Positions 34,332-48,307 of a stretch of 64,000 nt of DNA are shown one piece after another (within the stretch, counting starts at the first letter, position 1; the number at the start of each line of letters is the position of its first letter). A program made the position numbers and the translations under genes. Source of the stretch: Paraspadella gotoi (lineage: Eukaryota; Animalia; Chaetognatha); the NCBI GenBank assembly GCA_051294375.1, contig CM119267.1, positions 10,601,045 through 10,665,044 on the forward strand, in the 5' to 3' direction. Under the pieces are notes generated by a model. That model saw only the letters and a program-made list of their open reading frames with translations. It was not told the origin of the DNA and ran no database searches.

Positions 34332-37300
34332 TTAGGCTTGGGATTCGACGGCGTCGCCCCTGGGATTCTTGACCACGTTTTCGGGGGTCGACGCGATGAC
34401 GACGTCGTTTTCCTCCAGGTCGGATGAGGAGGATTCGAAATCCTCTCGAGCCTCCCCGTTGATTTTGACGGGGCGAGGCGGCGCGGATCTCGACGTTTCG
34501 GGAAGAGGCGTCGCCGGGGCGGAAGGTATTTTCGATGCCCCGTCAGTCAAAGGTTCCGGCGGAAAAACTGACGGCGGGCTGGGCGGCGAGACGGGCGGCG
34601 GGTCGGGCGTCGGATCGGGCGCCGGAGAAATCGATTTGACATCTTCGTTGAAACCGGGATCTCTATCTTCGAAGGAAGGATTGGGCGAAGCGTCGCCTCT
34701 CTCCCATCCGTTTTCCTTGATGTCGAGAGGTTCGTAGGGGCCGTTTTGGCGGATGGAACCGTCGTCTTGAGCGTTTTCATCTTCATCGTCCGCGACGCCT
34801 CTTTTTCCATCCTCAAAATTCTCTTTCCCGTCTTTCTCATCCGCTTCAGTCTCCTCTTCATCTTCCTCCTCCTCCTCCTCCTCTCCTTTGGCCAACGGGG
34901 CGGCCGCGTCCACTTCGTCGGAGGCGACCGGTTTGATCTCGGCCTCCGGCGACTCTTCGGCGAGGGTGCCGTCGGTGGATTCTATGGAGCGCCATCGACG
35001 ACCGGCTTCTCTGAGGCTGCTGGGTTGGTAGTCGGAGCCACTGGCGCCGGATCCGGGGAGACTGGCGGCGCCGAGCGTCGAATTAAGGCGCGAATATTGC
35101 GACGCCGAGGAAGCGCCAATCTCCCCCCGAAGGAACCGGACTATCTTCTCCACGCAGGCGTCTTGATAATCGTGAATCCAGCGAACACCGTTATAGTAGC
35201 AAACCTGAGGTGTTAATTCAAACTCGTAAATTCAAACTCGTAAATTCCAACTCCACCAACCCACAAACTGAAAAAAAAACAAGGACGCCACTCATTCACC
35301 TTTCGTATATCCTCTGGCAGGCTTTCCGGCTGTGGCCATTCGAAGTCGTCGGTGATGGGAATGATGTTGCAGTCGCTTTGCAGCGCGGTGGCGATCTCCT
35401 TGTGCACCCAGTCGTTCTGTTCGTCGTCGCCGATGCACCGATCGAGAGCCTTGGGCGTCAGAACGAGCAGAAAGTGCTTGGCGGCTCGAACAGAGTTGAG
35501 GAGATTCTCGTCGAATTTTCCTGCCTCGAGCTTTTCGATGTCGATGAAGACGGTAAATCCGCGGAGTTGGAGGTGAACCTTGAGCAGACTCGCCAGTTGG
35601 GAGCCGTTGGATCGTCTGTAACTTATGAAAACGTCGATGTTTTTCACGAAGCGTTGGCCGGATTCGGAATCGCCGGCCTCGTCCGCGAGCATGCTGGACT
35701 CGCGCTCCTGGATGGCGCGGAGGATTAGCTTGCGGTGGAAGCCGTTCGAGATACCAATGTCCCGGTGGAGGTGGACGTCCTCCAGCAGGTTCAACTCGGA
35801 TTGATGAACGCCGTTGCGACAAAAGTCGTAGGTGTACTGGAAGCAAAAATATGCCATAAAACCATCACAATGACGACAAATAAAACATTTTCACCAACCT
35901 GGGTCATCATGGCGCCGACTTTCATGAGCCAATTGTCTATCTTGGTGTGGTCGCAAGAAGAATAGTCGCACTCCTGCTTTAGCTTGTTGAGGCATCTGAC
36001 GAAGCGCTTCCGGTGAATTCCGTTGATCATCCCGACATCGTCGCGCAGCTGGTCCTCGGTGATCTGGAGCAACAAATCGCCGTCAATGCGGCAGGCGAGG
36101 AAGGCCTGCGCGTACTCGGGAAACTCCAGCACACGGTCCACCCATGTGAAGACGTCGTTGACGGTCCACAGAGGCACCTGTTGCGACAAGTGGTGGGGAA
36201 TATCCTCGCCCAGAGTGCTGAGGGCTTTGGCCGCAAGCTTGGATGCCGTGTCGTTGGGGCAGGAGGCGACCTTCTGCAAGGCGGCAATCGCGCCGATGTT
36301 CTTGAGGACTTCGTGCTTACTCGACTTGCTCTTGATGGTGGCCTCCATGGCGAAATGAAAGGAAGCCAGGGACTGGGCCTCTTTGTTGGTCGAATCTAGC
36401 AGAGGTAAAAGACGGCGGAGCCACCCTTCTGACTGGCCGTGCTGGTGAACTCCGTCCGAGGCGGCGAACTCTCCGGGGTCGTGCTGAGTGATGAAGGGCT
36501 CGACGAGAGCGAGCGTTCCTGATTGCTCCACGGTGGCGGCGAACTCTTTGTTTGAAGCCAAGGTGCATATCGCGAGGCAGGCATAGTACTTCGTAATGTC
36601 GTCAGTAGAGAAGGCCAAGGGAAACAACCTGGGGAGCGAAAAAACAGATAGAAATATTAAAACAAAACAAGGAATACCTTTAATCGCTAATTGAGAGACT
36701 CACCAGGCGGGAACTTGTTTCTTGATCATCCTTTGTTGGTTTTCCACTCCTCCGTACATGGCCAAGTTAGCGAAGGCGATGGCGCATTGTCGGTTCGTCT
36801 CTTTATCGGAAGTAATACACCGATCCACGATCGAGTCCAGCCCCCCCAGCTTGATGACCCGATGGCAAGCGTCTTCGCTGTGCTTGAAGAGATTTCCTAG
36901 AATGCCGGTACCGATTCGAGAAACCTGGACGTCTCCGCGAGTTATGCTGAAGTTTACGACGGGATTAAGGCCTTCTTTGACGACGAAGTCGCGGTTGTTG
37001 GCCGTGAGCGACTGTTCGATGACGCGAGCGGAATCGAGTCGCATGTCCTTCCGCTTGTCGTCAACTTTGGAGATAAGGATGTCGAGGCCGCCGGAGTCGC
37101 GCAGCAACTCGCACAGAACCATGGCGACGTCGCGGCCGTGAAGGGGAGTTGCCCAGGCGCTGCGCATGGCTTTGTGCATATCGGAAAGGGCACGACGCTG
37201 CAAAAAGAAGCGACATTTATACATTAATTGTCTTCAGATTACTTGAACCTCCTGATCGAAGACTCGCCTGCTCCTTATAACTTCCATCCCGCAAAACAGT

Positions 37301-40148
37301 CACACCGATCTTTATGGTGGTCGAATATTTCTCAACTAAGGCGTCAAAGGAATCGTCTCCTTCGCCGTCTTCGCTGATGCAACGGCTGTTGAGCGTTATC
37401 TTTAACGGGCTTCCGCGATTAGTTCCCATCAGATTAAGCTGAGCTCCTGCGCACGAAAGAAATAACCAAAAAAAAATCACAATCTCAAAAACAACGAAGA
37501 AGAGAGAGATGATGTGCGTAAAAATCGGTTGCTTCACTTTTAAAAGCCGACAATAAATCAATTGTTATAATAATTGAAATGCTTCAAATAAAGATGTTAC
37601 AACCGGTTTTTAAATCACATTTTATCTTTCGTTTCGGGATGTAGCGTTTCGGGGGGAATTCACAATCTGTGACTAAATTTCAAGCATAAAAAGTTCTTTA
37701 TCCTTTTCAGACTAATGCCAAATAAATTGCGGGTGTCGTGGGGGAAAGAAATAATGTGGAAGAACTAGAAACGAAACCTCCGCAAAGCAACGCGAAACTA
37801 CAAATCTTTTTTTCCCCCCGAGAAAAAAAGGTCGAACGCAGAAGGAATAAAATCGAAATCTTGGTGGAGACGATGGCCGATGGCAAAAAACCGGATTCGT
37901 CTTCCGAATTTCGAGATTTCGTTCCGAAATAAAATCGCTACGATATAAGCTTGTAAGAGATTGACGGCTTTCGTCTTTCGTCTGTTTTTCTTCGAATATG
38001 ATAATCATAATGATATGTGTTTCGATTCGTTTTAATCCTTTCTTAGTTAAAAAGTGAAACCGACACATAATTTTATTGGTTCTAGAGAGTGGAGAGCCCG
38101 ACTACCTTGAAGGGGGGTAAGGTCGTATGGTCGTACAAAGAGACAGATAAAACTAACTCATTAAAAGGGCCTACGTTCGCTCTTATTTTTATTCTCTCTT
38201 ATTTTATCTTGTGTTCTTTTTTGCTGCCAGTAATGCTCGGGAGAGGAAAAAGCGAAAATTTCAGGCAACCGTGAGAGGAATATGATGCGAAAAACTAAGA
38301 CGAGTACCTGGGACGAGAAGGGTATCGATCCCTATTCAAGGGAACGTCGGAAAAACGAAACAATATCTTTAAAGTTTTTCATGTTCAAATTAAATTGAAA
38401 TTACGATGCTACGCTAAACGTACCGGTGGAAGCCTGACGCAAAGTTCCGGACGCTTTGATGACGCGCGACGTTGACGACGAGGAGGACGAAGAAGTCGAG
38501 GACGAAGTCACCGCGCTCTGGAGATACCGAGGCAAAAACCACATTGTATATTATATAATGTATAATGATGGTAAACAAACAAATATTGCGAAGACCACCT
38601 GCTGAAAACTCTTGGCGGTGGAAGTAGTTTGCGAAACGGCCTCCAAAGAGGTCGACGTCTTCGTGGCTTCCGCGGTCTTCGTCGCCCTCGATTCCGCGGA
38701 TGACGTCATGAAAGTCGACGAGGATGACGACGACGACGACTGCTTCTCAATCTTCGCCGACTTGCACTTGAGATAAAGAGGCGGGAGGGAGGAAGAGAGG
38801 GATAATAAGAGGAAAGATGAAGAGCGATAATTGCGTCGTAACGAAAGAAAAACTAATCTCTCGCGTACGGTATTTATTACTATATGATATTATATATTAA
38901 GGTGGCAAAGCGAATCATCGAGATAATTGGAGCAATGAGTTTCTCATTTTTTTTTTGATTGCACGCAGGATAATACAATCTTACCATTGAACAAGAGCAT
39001 CCCTGCAAAGTGAGGTGGGACATGGAAAGGGAAGGGGTAATTTGAAAGGAAGCGAAATATATTGAACGAATCAACGGAAGAAATCTCGCAATTCCCTTTA
39101 AAAAGTTATCAAAAAAAAAAAAATCGAGGAGAGATTGGGCCTGAGGAGACCAACACCAACGCCTCACCTCTTTGATGGAAGATTCCACTTTGGACGAGGA
39201 GATGGATTCCCTGGTGGTGGCGACGGCGCTCGACTCTTCGGCAGAGGCCGTTGATTTAAAGGCGCTGGAAGACGAGGTGGAGGAGGTCGTCGCCGTCTGC
39301 TGAGACGTCGTCGTCTTTTCGAAACTCCCGGAAACGGCCTAAGGCGGTGATAGGTGAATGTGGAAACAACCAAAGGATAATTTTCAATGAAATTTTTCAT
39401 TTAATTTTGGAAATTCTTATTTATGATGCATAACGCAGTCTCTGACCTCGACCACTTTTGTGGTTGCATCGGAAGACGACATAGCGACCGTTTCATCCGA
39501 CTTGGTCTTGAGACTGAGGCTTTGGGAGGCGTCGACGTTAAGAGCACGAAGGCTGGCCTGAACGAGCAAGTCATCTTCTGCAGAGGACGGAGCCACAATA
39601 TTCTTCGGTGGAGGGGGCGTGGTCGGCGGGATGGTGTTGTTGTTGTCGGAGGTGGTAATTGGGTCGGGGGACGGCGAAGCCGTCGGCGCGACGATCGGTT
39701 GTTCGGAAGATCGATTCGTTGTCTTGGAAAGTTTGGAGCCGGAGGCGGTGGACTCCGATTTGGCCGAGATGGCGGAGGTCGAGTTGCTTTGACGCTTGGA
39801 AATTTGGCCGAAGCAGCCGATGGCAGAATCCACGTCATCCTCGCCGTCGTTGACGGCGCCGCGGTCGAAAGGTGAGCAGCCGACGCCGCTAGGAGCTTGC
39901 GGGGAAGTTAGATCTGGGGGTGGGGGCGGGGCGCCGGCGTTGGAACGGCCCGGAACGGAATCTCCCTCGACGTCGCTGAAGGCGTGCGGGTCGAGTTCGT
40001 CTTCACTGTCCCCATAACCGGGGCTGTAGGGATCGGAGGTCCCCCCGGTCTTGGAACAGACGCCGCCCGAGCGCGTCACTTTCATCTTGAAGGAGAGGGG
40101 CGAGGAGGGAGAGTCATTGGGGCGCGGAGGATCCTTCGAAGACGCCAT
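34332..40148 (-). CDS. SARM1: SARM1/TIR-1 (ARM-SAM-SAM-TIR NAD+ hydrolase) with long low-complexity N- and C-terminal extensions
   Basis: ARM ([15 protein letters not shown]; [11 protein letters not shown]; ANLAMYGG; WLFPLAF), tandem SAM ([14 protein letters not shown]; [12 protein letters not shown]), TIR ([27 protein letters not shown]; DWVHKEI with catalytic Glu; [21 protein letters not shown]). Introns about 39339-39446, 38767-39167, 38518-38598, 37447-38423, 37198-37267 (GC-AG), 36629-36703, 35837-35898 and 35205-35299. Start codon uncertain. Confidence 0.93.
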
Positions 40149-40567
40149 CCTGGCGACGCGGAGAAGCGACGGCGGCTTCGGCGGGCTCGTTTCTAAGCGA
40201 AGAGGGGGCTGCAGCGGTCGGTGCGGAAGAAGAACGGGGTTCGTCGAGGTTCTTCTCGATCTTGGAAGGGACGCTGGCAGCGCGAAGACCTTCGGCGGCG
40301 GCGACGACGGCACGATTCAAGGCGGCACCTCCGAGTCGGCAGCAACCGGGAGCGGCGCGAGCGGCCGGAGCGTCGCCGCCGACTGAGAGAGAAGAGAGGC
40401 GAGCGGCGGGACGAGAGCAACGATTATGTTCCAACAGAAAAGGCATAATCGTGGTCGGGGATAAAATAAGAAGCGATCGAATCGGGCGGAAAAGAGGAGA
40501 AATCGTGGGAGAGGAAACAGGTAGGAGATTCAAGCGATTCCAGAGACATCGATTTTTTTTCTTCCTC

Positions 40568-40609
<42 letters not shown>

Positions 40610-41941
40610 TCTTAATCTCGTTATTTCGCTTCTCGTAAGGAGATCGCGTCAATCATTCGTGCAAAATCGCCAAAAAGGTGCGGAGCTAGGTCTTTGGTTT
40701 TTGTTCCTTTTTTTGGTGGGTAACACGTGTGTGTGTAAAATATATAATGGTATGCGGCTTTAATCTCAACGCACTAAAACGTATTTAAACACTTCAAAAT
40801 TAAGAAAGAAAGAGGTGCTCCAGGAAAATAAGTGCGGTTTTATATCCAAAATTTAGTTTCAAAGTAAATTTTTTGGCTACTACGTGGGACTTCAAAAAGA
40901 AAAAAATATAAAAAAGCGTCTCGAGGAAAAAAAAAATATATCCGAAACAAAACAAGTTACCTTCCAGTTGGTTACAAAGTCGAGCGATTATTAGTCATTG
41001 ATTTCGAGGGCAAACAGCTTTGGAGTTGAACACAAGAGTCAAATCGGAGTCGTAACCCGATTTTACGAGCAAAGAGAGAGGGAAAAAGCTTTGTTATATA
41101 TCCCTCGTTCGAAAAATCCATTTTATATTTTTACCCTTTTGGAACACACACAAAAAAAAACAATTTGGAAAGAAATTTACGGAACAGTACCAGTTACGAA
41201 TGGAGCGACGTCTGGTAAACTGGATGTGATCGCAAGGTAAATTCTTTGGGGTCCTATTGTTGGAGAAGAAAATTACAGGCACAGAGTTCATTCTCTCCAA
41301 AGAATGCGTGGTTTCCGCTCCGATTTTTAATTCGCGATCGAAAGGCGCTGAAAAAGTTGTTTACCGAGATTTCATGTCACCCACTTAACGGAGTTCAACT
41401 CTGCCAAAGGAAGAACGAGACTATCACCACTATATTAGTACACAAAAAAAATAACAGCTGCATTGCATTATACGATATTCGACTTAGTTATGGCGAAAGA
41501 CTTTACCGATTAAGACTATGTAAGAAGATAATTAGGAAAAATATCCATTTAATTACGTATATTCAAATTATTTTTTTAGAGACTAGAAAAATAGTAAAGT
41601 TGAAGAATGCGTGAAGGATAGTTTAAAATAATTTCAACTTAACAAAAAATGGAAAAACAAATATCGTCGCGTGTTCAATAAAAAAGATAGAAAAAAAGGC
41701 AATAACTTTTGTGAGGTTAAGGAATGAACCAAAGGCGAATCGAGCTTGACGGCGATGAACACAAAATCCGGATGTTGGCGCATAATATATAATTAAAAGA
41801 ATTTAGAAAGAACATCGAATGAGGAAAGAACAAAGGGAAAACAAAAGAGGGAATAAAAAAAGCATGAAAAACTCAACAGTCATCGCTGAAAAAGGGGGCC
41901 GGGAATTAGGTACGATCCCAGTTTACTTTTTTTTTGTTGCT

Positions 41942-41943
<2 letters not shown>

Positions 41944-42032
<89 letters not shown>
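41944..42032. repeat. (TC)n microsatellite immediately after the AP2S1 stop codon
   Basis: Pure dinucleotide run. Confidence 0.97.
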
Positions 42033-42039
<7 letters not shown>

Positions 42040-42042
42040 CTT

Positions 42043-42471
42043 CTATTCGAGCGAAGAGAGCATGAGTAACTGTTTGAGAACTTTGGTTTGACTCGTTTCC
42101 CTGATCTCGCCGGCGAGGAACATCTCGTCGACGACCGAGTAGACCTTGTAAAAATTGAAGACAAGGTCGAGTTCGCAGACGTTATGGAAGTATTCGTTGA
42201 GGACCTCGACGAAGTTGTGAATTGCCTCGAGGTACATGAGGTTGTTGTCGCCCACGTCGACGCAAATGCAAAAGTAGAGTCCGGCGTATCGTCGGTAAAC
42301 GATCTTAAAATTGCGGAACTCCACAAAGTTGGTGTGCTTGGCGTCGCGGACGGTGACGCAGGCGTGGACCTCCTCGATCAACTTCTGTTTTTCGTCGTCG
42401 TCGAAGTTCATGTACCACTTGGCGAGGCGCGTTTTTCCCGCGCGATTTTGGATCAGGATGAAGCGAATCAT
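42043..42471 (-). CDS. AP2S1: AP-2 complex subunit sigma (142 aa, intronless CDS)
   Basis: [37 protein letters not shown]...[12 protein letters not shown]...[13 protein letters not shown]...[18 protein letters not shown] is near-identical to animal sigma2 adaptin. Confidence 0.98.
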   Translation of the reverse strand: MIRFILIQNRAGKTRLAKWYMNFDDDEKQKLIEEVHACVTVRDAKHTNFVEFRNFKIVYRRYAGLYFCICVDVGDNNLMYLEAIHNFVEVLNEYFHNVCELDLVFNFYKVYSVVDEMFLAGEIRETSQTKVLKQLLMLSSLE

Positions 42472-43266
42472 CGTCGTCGTCGTCCAAGGGGGAGAGAGAG
42501 AGAGAGAGGATATTTTTCCCTCAGTCGACAATTTATAGGCGTTGGGGGCAAAGTTGGTGATTTTGAGAGGAAAAGAAAACTAGAGATTCTTCGAAGACGT
42601 TTATGAATGAGATCTGAAAGGAGGCGATGAAAGCAAACGTTAAAAAAATTACTAGCGTCAGCAAACAAAAAGTAAAAAAAATGATCGAAAACTCGAAAGC
42701 CAGATTAGGGCCGATTTAATCAAAAATATTTACCATAACATTGAGGAAAATATTCTATTATATTTAGAACAGTAGTGAACTCAAAATACCATCTGATTTT
42801 CGAAAATTTAGCAGTGCAAAGGCATGCGAAAACACTATTCGCAATCAACTTTAATATTAGAAGAGAAAATAAACACTTCAATGTGAATTGTTCAACAACT
42901 CACGTATTTATTTTCACAATAAAAAATATAAAATTTTTAAAAAAATTTATTAAGTTAAAAATGAACAATGATAGAACTACATATGTGTAGTTATCAAAAT
43001 AAAAACGAAAATGTTACGTTTAGTATATTAATTAACAGTGATAACCAGGAGTATGAACGCCCTGATACCACAATGACTACTCGAAGCCTTATTCCAAAAA
43101 AAAAAAAACAATTCTTAGAATTTTACCACAGATTTGTTTTCTTCAAGTCAACTTACAAAAAAATAGAAATCGTCCTTATAGGTGGGATTAGTGCTAATAA
43201 CAAACAGTGAGCTTTTTTGTTTTTAAACAAAGAAAAAACTGAAAAATTTAATGACTTTAAAACACT

Positions 43267-46200
43267 TCAGACCCGTTTTCTCTGAGATTCCTTTTTCTTT
43301 TTGAATCGTTCCTGCCTTTTTTCGGCTTTTTCCTTCCTCCGCTCCCCCGTTTTAGTGTTCTTCATCGTGAATTGAATGCCCATGTCGTCGAGCCAATTAA
43401 TAGTGACCCCCTTGTTGCACCTTATCCCGGAACCCCTGACTTTAGAGTGAAAATCTTCAAAGTCCACGGGTTCATAGCTCAGAACGCGCTGGTAGAGGTT
43501 TTTGTCTTTCGTCACGAATTCGAATATGGATTTTTTGACGATTTCCTCCTTGGTCAATTGCGTGGTGGTAGTCGCGTCTTCGTCTTCCCTGTCCTGCAAG
43601 TACGACTCCTCCAAAAACTCCGGAACTGGAACGAGGTAGTCATCCTCATCGCTGGAAAAATCTTCCCTCGCGACTGAAATCGCCGAAGTCGCCGATGACG
43701 TGGGCGCTTGAGACGTCGACGCCGACGACTGCAACCGGGAGGTCCGCGGAGATTCGACGAAAGTCTTCTCGTACTCACTATCAGTTTCGTATTGGTGCAT
43801 TTTGTCGAAGAGATCTTCAGCAACCTTGACCAATTGGTTTTTGCGCAGATTTTGACGAACGCCGTACTTGGAGAGGTGGACCTTCAATTCCGGAGTCGCC
43901 ATGTTGTCGTAGCGGGGTTTTGGCGTGAAGGGCGACGGGGGAGGCTTTTTCTTCTTTCCCCCGTTCAAAATTCTGCGCGCAATGGATTCGTGACTGGCGG
44001 GCACGTCCGAAGGAGATCGGGAAGAGCATCGTCCCGCAAGATTCGAATCGGCGGAGGTTTGGTCGGTCGGAGTCGTACGGGCAGAGCGAGGTTTGAATGT
44101 AGGCGATCGAGTCGATCCACGCTCGGCCGTTGGCGAATCGCGATCAAGAAGCGATAAACGGTTGGATCTACGGGTGGCCGGCGTCGAGGCAGACGGAAAA
44201 TCGGCCAGATCGTCGAAGGAGTCTTCCCAGTACGTAGGATCGAAACAATTCGTCTTAAGCGAACTGGAATACGAGATCGTTGGCGTTTCAGTCTCAACTT
44301 TTTTAGGATTTTCTTCGGAAATTCGAGTCTCCGCCGAAGCCGACGAAGTTCGTCCGAGTAATTTCGATCGCCGAAACTTGAACGCATTTTTGGCCTCGTT
44401 GATGCGACGCAAGTCTAAGCCGTCGTCGTCGTCTTCCTTGATTCTTTTCGACACCGAATCAAGGACGCTACTAGAAGAGCGCTTACGCTTTTTCGCGTCT
44501 CCCTTCACACGGGCTGGTTGAGACGGCATGAACTTTTCCTTTCTGTTCGCGGCGTCACTCCCGACGCCACCTCTTTCGTCGTCGGGTCGTCCGTTGTCGA
44601 CGTCATCCCAAAAGTCTTCCCCGTAACGAAAAGCGTCTTCCTCGTGGTGAATAAGATCGTCGGAGGTCAAGTCGATGTCTTCCGTTTGGACGAAACTTCG
44701 TCCGCCTCCATCGCGTAGGTGAGAAAGGTCGAAGCTGATCGTGGGTCCAGATTGAGACCCGCTAACGGTCGCATTGGTCGCACTGAAGGAATATCTGGGA
44801 ACGGAGTGTTGAGGCTTGGAGGGACATTGACCGCCATAGGGGGATAGGGGCTGAGAAAGAGGAACCTCGGGAAGATCGTCTGATTCAAGATCTTCTAATG
44901 AACTTTTCGTTGAGTTTATTTTACGCTCGTCATGATCTTCTTCCATAAAATCAAGAGTTTTCTTCGCAGTTTTTGTCAATGCACTGGACGCGTTATTATC
45001 TTTGGATGGTGGAGAAACCAAGACTATTATGTTATTTTCCTTTTCATATCGAGATATTGGCGTTCTAGATATTTTCCGCCGGGCAGTTGTAGGGGTATCC
45101 GTGGATCGAGACGAACGACGACCGCTGCTCGGTCGTGAACAGGAAATTTCATCGCCGCGCCACGTGGATTCCGGCTGAATGCGGAGCAACAATCGATTAG
45201 AGCTCGAGGGCGAGGAAGAAAAACCTTTCGAAGAAGTTGGGGTCTCTGTCGGTGGGCTTTCGTTTCGGCTCACATTATATTCCTCAAGATTCAATTTCGT
45301 CAAAGAAATAAAAGGATTTAAACAAAGGTCGATCGGTGCCTCCGACGAAAGTAGTTTGTTGTCGGAATTGGTCGAGAGTCTAGTCGATTTTTTCTCCATC
45401 GTCTCGACGACTTGAGTTTTGGAAAATCTCTCGCATCGCGATTCCGAACGAGAAAACTTAACATCGACGACTAATTTTGGTTCGGTCGTCGCATTTTCGC
45501 GATAATCTCTAAATTCTCCTTTTGGAGTTTCCGGCGTTTGGGTTAAATCGACGAAGTCCTGATGTTTCGCGTCAGCCGATGGTGAAGAAACATCTCGAGA
45601 CTTAGACCGTCGACTGCGGCGAGGAAGAAATCTGGCATCGTCGTCCACGGGGCGAACAGACGAAGAGTGACAGAGTTCCCGCGAAGACACGCAGCGATTT
45701 TCGCGAGTGTCGCGGCGACGCTGAGACCTGAGAATAAGTTAAGGCTAAGGAACATCGAACCTCAATCGCGGTGTAAAACTAAGTCTGCGGTTATTTTTCC
45801 TGCAACGGACCTTTTGGTTGGAGTAGTTATGTCTGGCGATAACCTCTCGACCATAACAATAGGACAGGGCGGGCCCGAGATAGATTTCACTTCTTCGTCT
45901 CCGAACAAGTCAGGACTGGAGGAAACGTTGCTCACTCGTTCACTTTGAGATTTCGAGGAAATATTGTGACTCAAGCTAAATGGACTATTTTGATTTTCGT
46001 CCTTTACGGGCGACTCTACGATCGAAACGTCTTGAGAATTCTTACCCGAGTAAATCACACTTAAAACAGCCTCACGATTATCCGGATGCCGAGCTTCATC
46101 GGGGGATTTTCGATTACTAAACCCTTTGGTGATCAACGAAATTTTTTCAGCTTCTTCGACATAATCCCCGATTTCGGCTTTTGAGAAGTTGGCCGGTTTT

Positions 46201-48125
46201 TGCGAGCACAAGTATCGGAATACTTCCTCGTCCTCCGCGTCGAGAACATCCTCCGATTCGAGTGATTCTTGTGATTCAGAATCGTCGATGGAGCCGTGAT
46301 CAGAACCGTAGGTTTTGTTCAAAATCCGTTGCATGATCTCTTCATCGTTTTGAGAGTTGACTATCTCTTCAAAGTCAAAAGAGAAAATTGAGGAAAGCAT
46401 TTCGCGAACATCTTTCTTCAAGTCCAACTTTTCTGCCACTTCTTGCCACGAACTTTTTGAGTCAGACTCATGAATGACATCAGTTTCAAAGTCGTATAAA
46501 AGTTTCAACACATTTATCACAATGCGCTTTTCAATCTTGTCCATTTCAATTATCTCCTTATTGACCCGCTCATGATTGTTCCGATATAAATTAATAACAA
46601 AATTGTGAGCATATACGGACTCCTTATCCTTGCACATAATCTTTAAATCCGCCATGTCGGGATTATCCACGAGAGCCCCGAGCGATTTCAATAAATAAGA
46701 CATTAATTTCGGCCCAGGAGGCTCTTTTACGATCGGAGGTTCTTCGAAAAAAAACCCATCGGTTTGGGTACAAGGATCATTCTGAGAGGCGAGTAACTCA
46801 AGAACATTTTGAGTGGTGGTGTTGATATTAAGTTGTAATTGACTTTGGTCGCTCGTCTTCCCAGTTTCTTCTATCATCGTCGTGTTTCTCCCTGGAATAG
46901 AACTAACCGATTTGAGTTTGGACCCGGCTTCCACTTCGCATTGCGTCATGTCCAGAGTCTCCACGTAGAAGCGACCACCAGCCAGGGACGAACAATCGCT
47001 CATGGTCCACAATCTTCGTTCCGGGGCTCGAGTTTGAATTTCCGTCGCATTTCGCTCCACGTCGATCGTGTGTAATTTCATGTTCAGAAATCTGGTTCGA
47101 CGAATTCCCTCCTTGGTTTTGGGTTGCGTGACGACGAGAGGAGGAGGAGGAGGGCCCAAGAGCCGATCGCCGAAACCCTGTCTCTTTTCGAAGAGTTTTT
47201 GATTGTTATGCAATCGCTGGAAGACGTCGTCGGAGGCGGAATATTCCGGGGATTTAGAGAGGGAGAGCGCGACGGCTAATTGAACGTTTTCGTCCTCTTT
47301 CGAATTTGGCACAGAAAGACGGGCGATCCGCGTCAAACCTTTGGCCTTTTTCTCTAGTTTCTGCGCGGACGCTTTCGACTTGGACAAGGTTTGCTTGAGT
47401 CGGTCATAATATGGGCTGATCACAACGCCTTTCGCCAAATTTTCCTCGAAGTGCTGCTTCTGCGAATCAAGCTGGGCGAAAAGTAATGTGGCGTCTATGC
47501 CTCGTTTCTTGGCACACTTTTTGGCGTGAGACTGGCGTGACTGGTTCGTTTTGAAAGACTGGCAGCAAAGAGGACAATCCAAGACCAAGCTCGACGTCAT
47601 CTCGAGAATCTTAGCATCCATCGATGGGGCATCGTCCGAGTTATCATCCTCTCGACCCAAAACCGGCGAGTCTCCATATTGATGGTTTTCCGTCTCATTT
47701 TTTTCCGGGGCTGATTCCGAAGGATGCAAAGACTCGACGTCGTTCTTAGAAAAAGAAAATTTACTGCGAAGGCACTGTTTGACGTGATCGGCATATTCGT
47801 CACTTGGAGTTTTTTTTTCACAAGTTGGGCACGATTTAAAATCTTCCGTGATTTTCAACGGTTTCTCGAAAAGTTTAAACACGTTTATGTTGTCGCCGCC
47901 GGAGAAATCGGTCCAAGAGTTCGAGGGACAGGACTGTTCGTTCTCCGTCGAGATTGTTTCAGTTTTTCTCAACAGGGACGGAGGAGCATGCTTTTCAGAA
48001 GGGAGAAACTGGTCATGGCCCAACTTAGAGTCGCTCTTTGACGTCTCTTTCTTAACTTTCTTCAGTTTTCTCAACGCCTTTCTCTGAGGCTGAAATTCGT
48101 CATCACTGTTTTCTCCATTCTTCAT
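43267..48125 (-). CDS. SLX4: Structure-specific endonuclease scaffold SLX4
   Basis: Two UBZ-type zinc fingers (CPTC...HVKQC; CPLC...HAKKC), MLR-like LAVALSLS, BTB (LVDNPDMADLKI...VYAH), SAP (PRYDNMATPELKVHLSKYGVR) and SLX1-binding C-terminus (LYQRVLSYEPV). One 83-nt intron, 45728-45810, joins the two ORFs in frame. Confidence 0.9.
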
Positions 48126-48160
48126 GATTTTTAAATAATAAGACTGAAAAAAAGTAAAAT
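48126..48160 (-). promoter_or_regulatory. Candidate trans-splice acceptor upstream of SLX4
   Basis: TTTTTTTCAG lies 18 nt before the ATG and about 164 nt after the upstream gene's stop. Confidence 0.55.
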
Positions 48161-48307
48161 CAAATGTATATAAAATCAAAAACGATCACAGAGCTTTGAT
48201 GGCAATAAAAAAATATAAAAGGGGCAATTAAACGCCAACATTATTCCCTGAAAATTTGAGGTAAAATTAATCATAATCATAGAGTTGTTACGTACATAAC
48301 AGTTTCC

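Noticed and set aside
34332-37224. TIR NADase read as a prokaryotic-type (Thoeris-like) defence system; short repeats read as a CRISPR array
   Set aside because: The locus is an intron-containing animal SARM1, and there is no repeat-spacer array or cas gene in the window.
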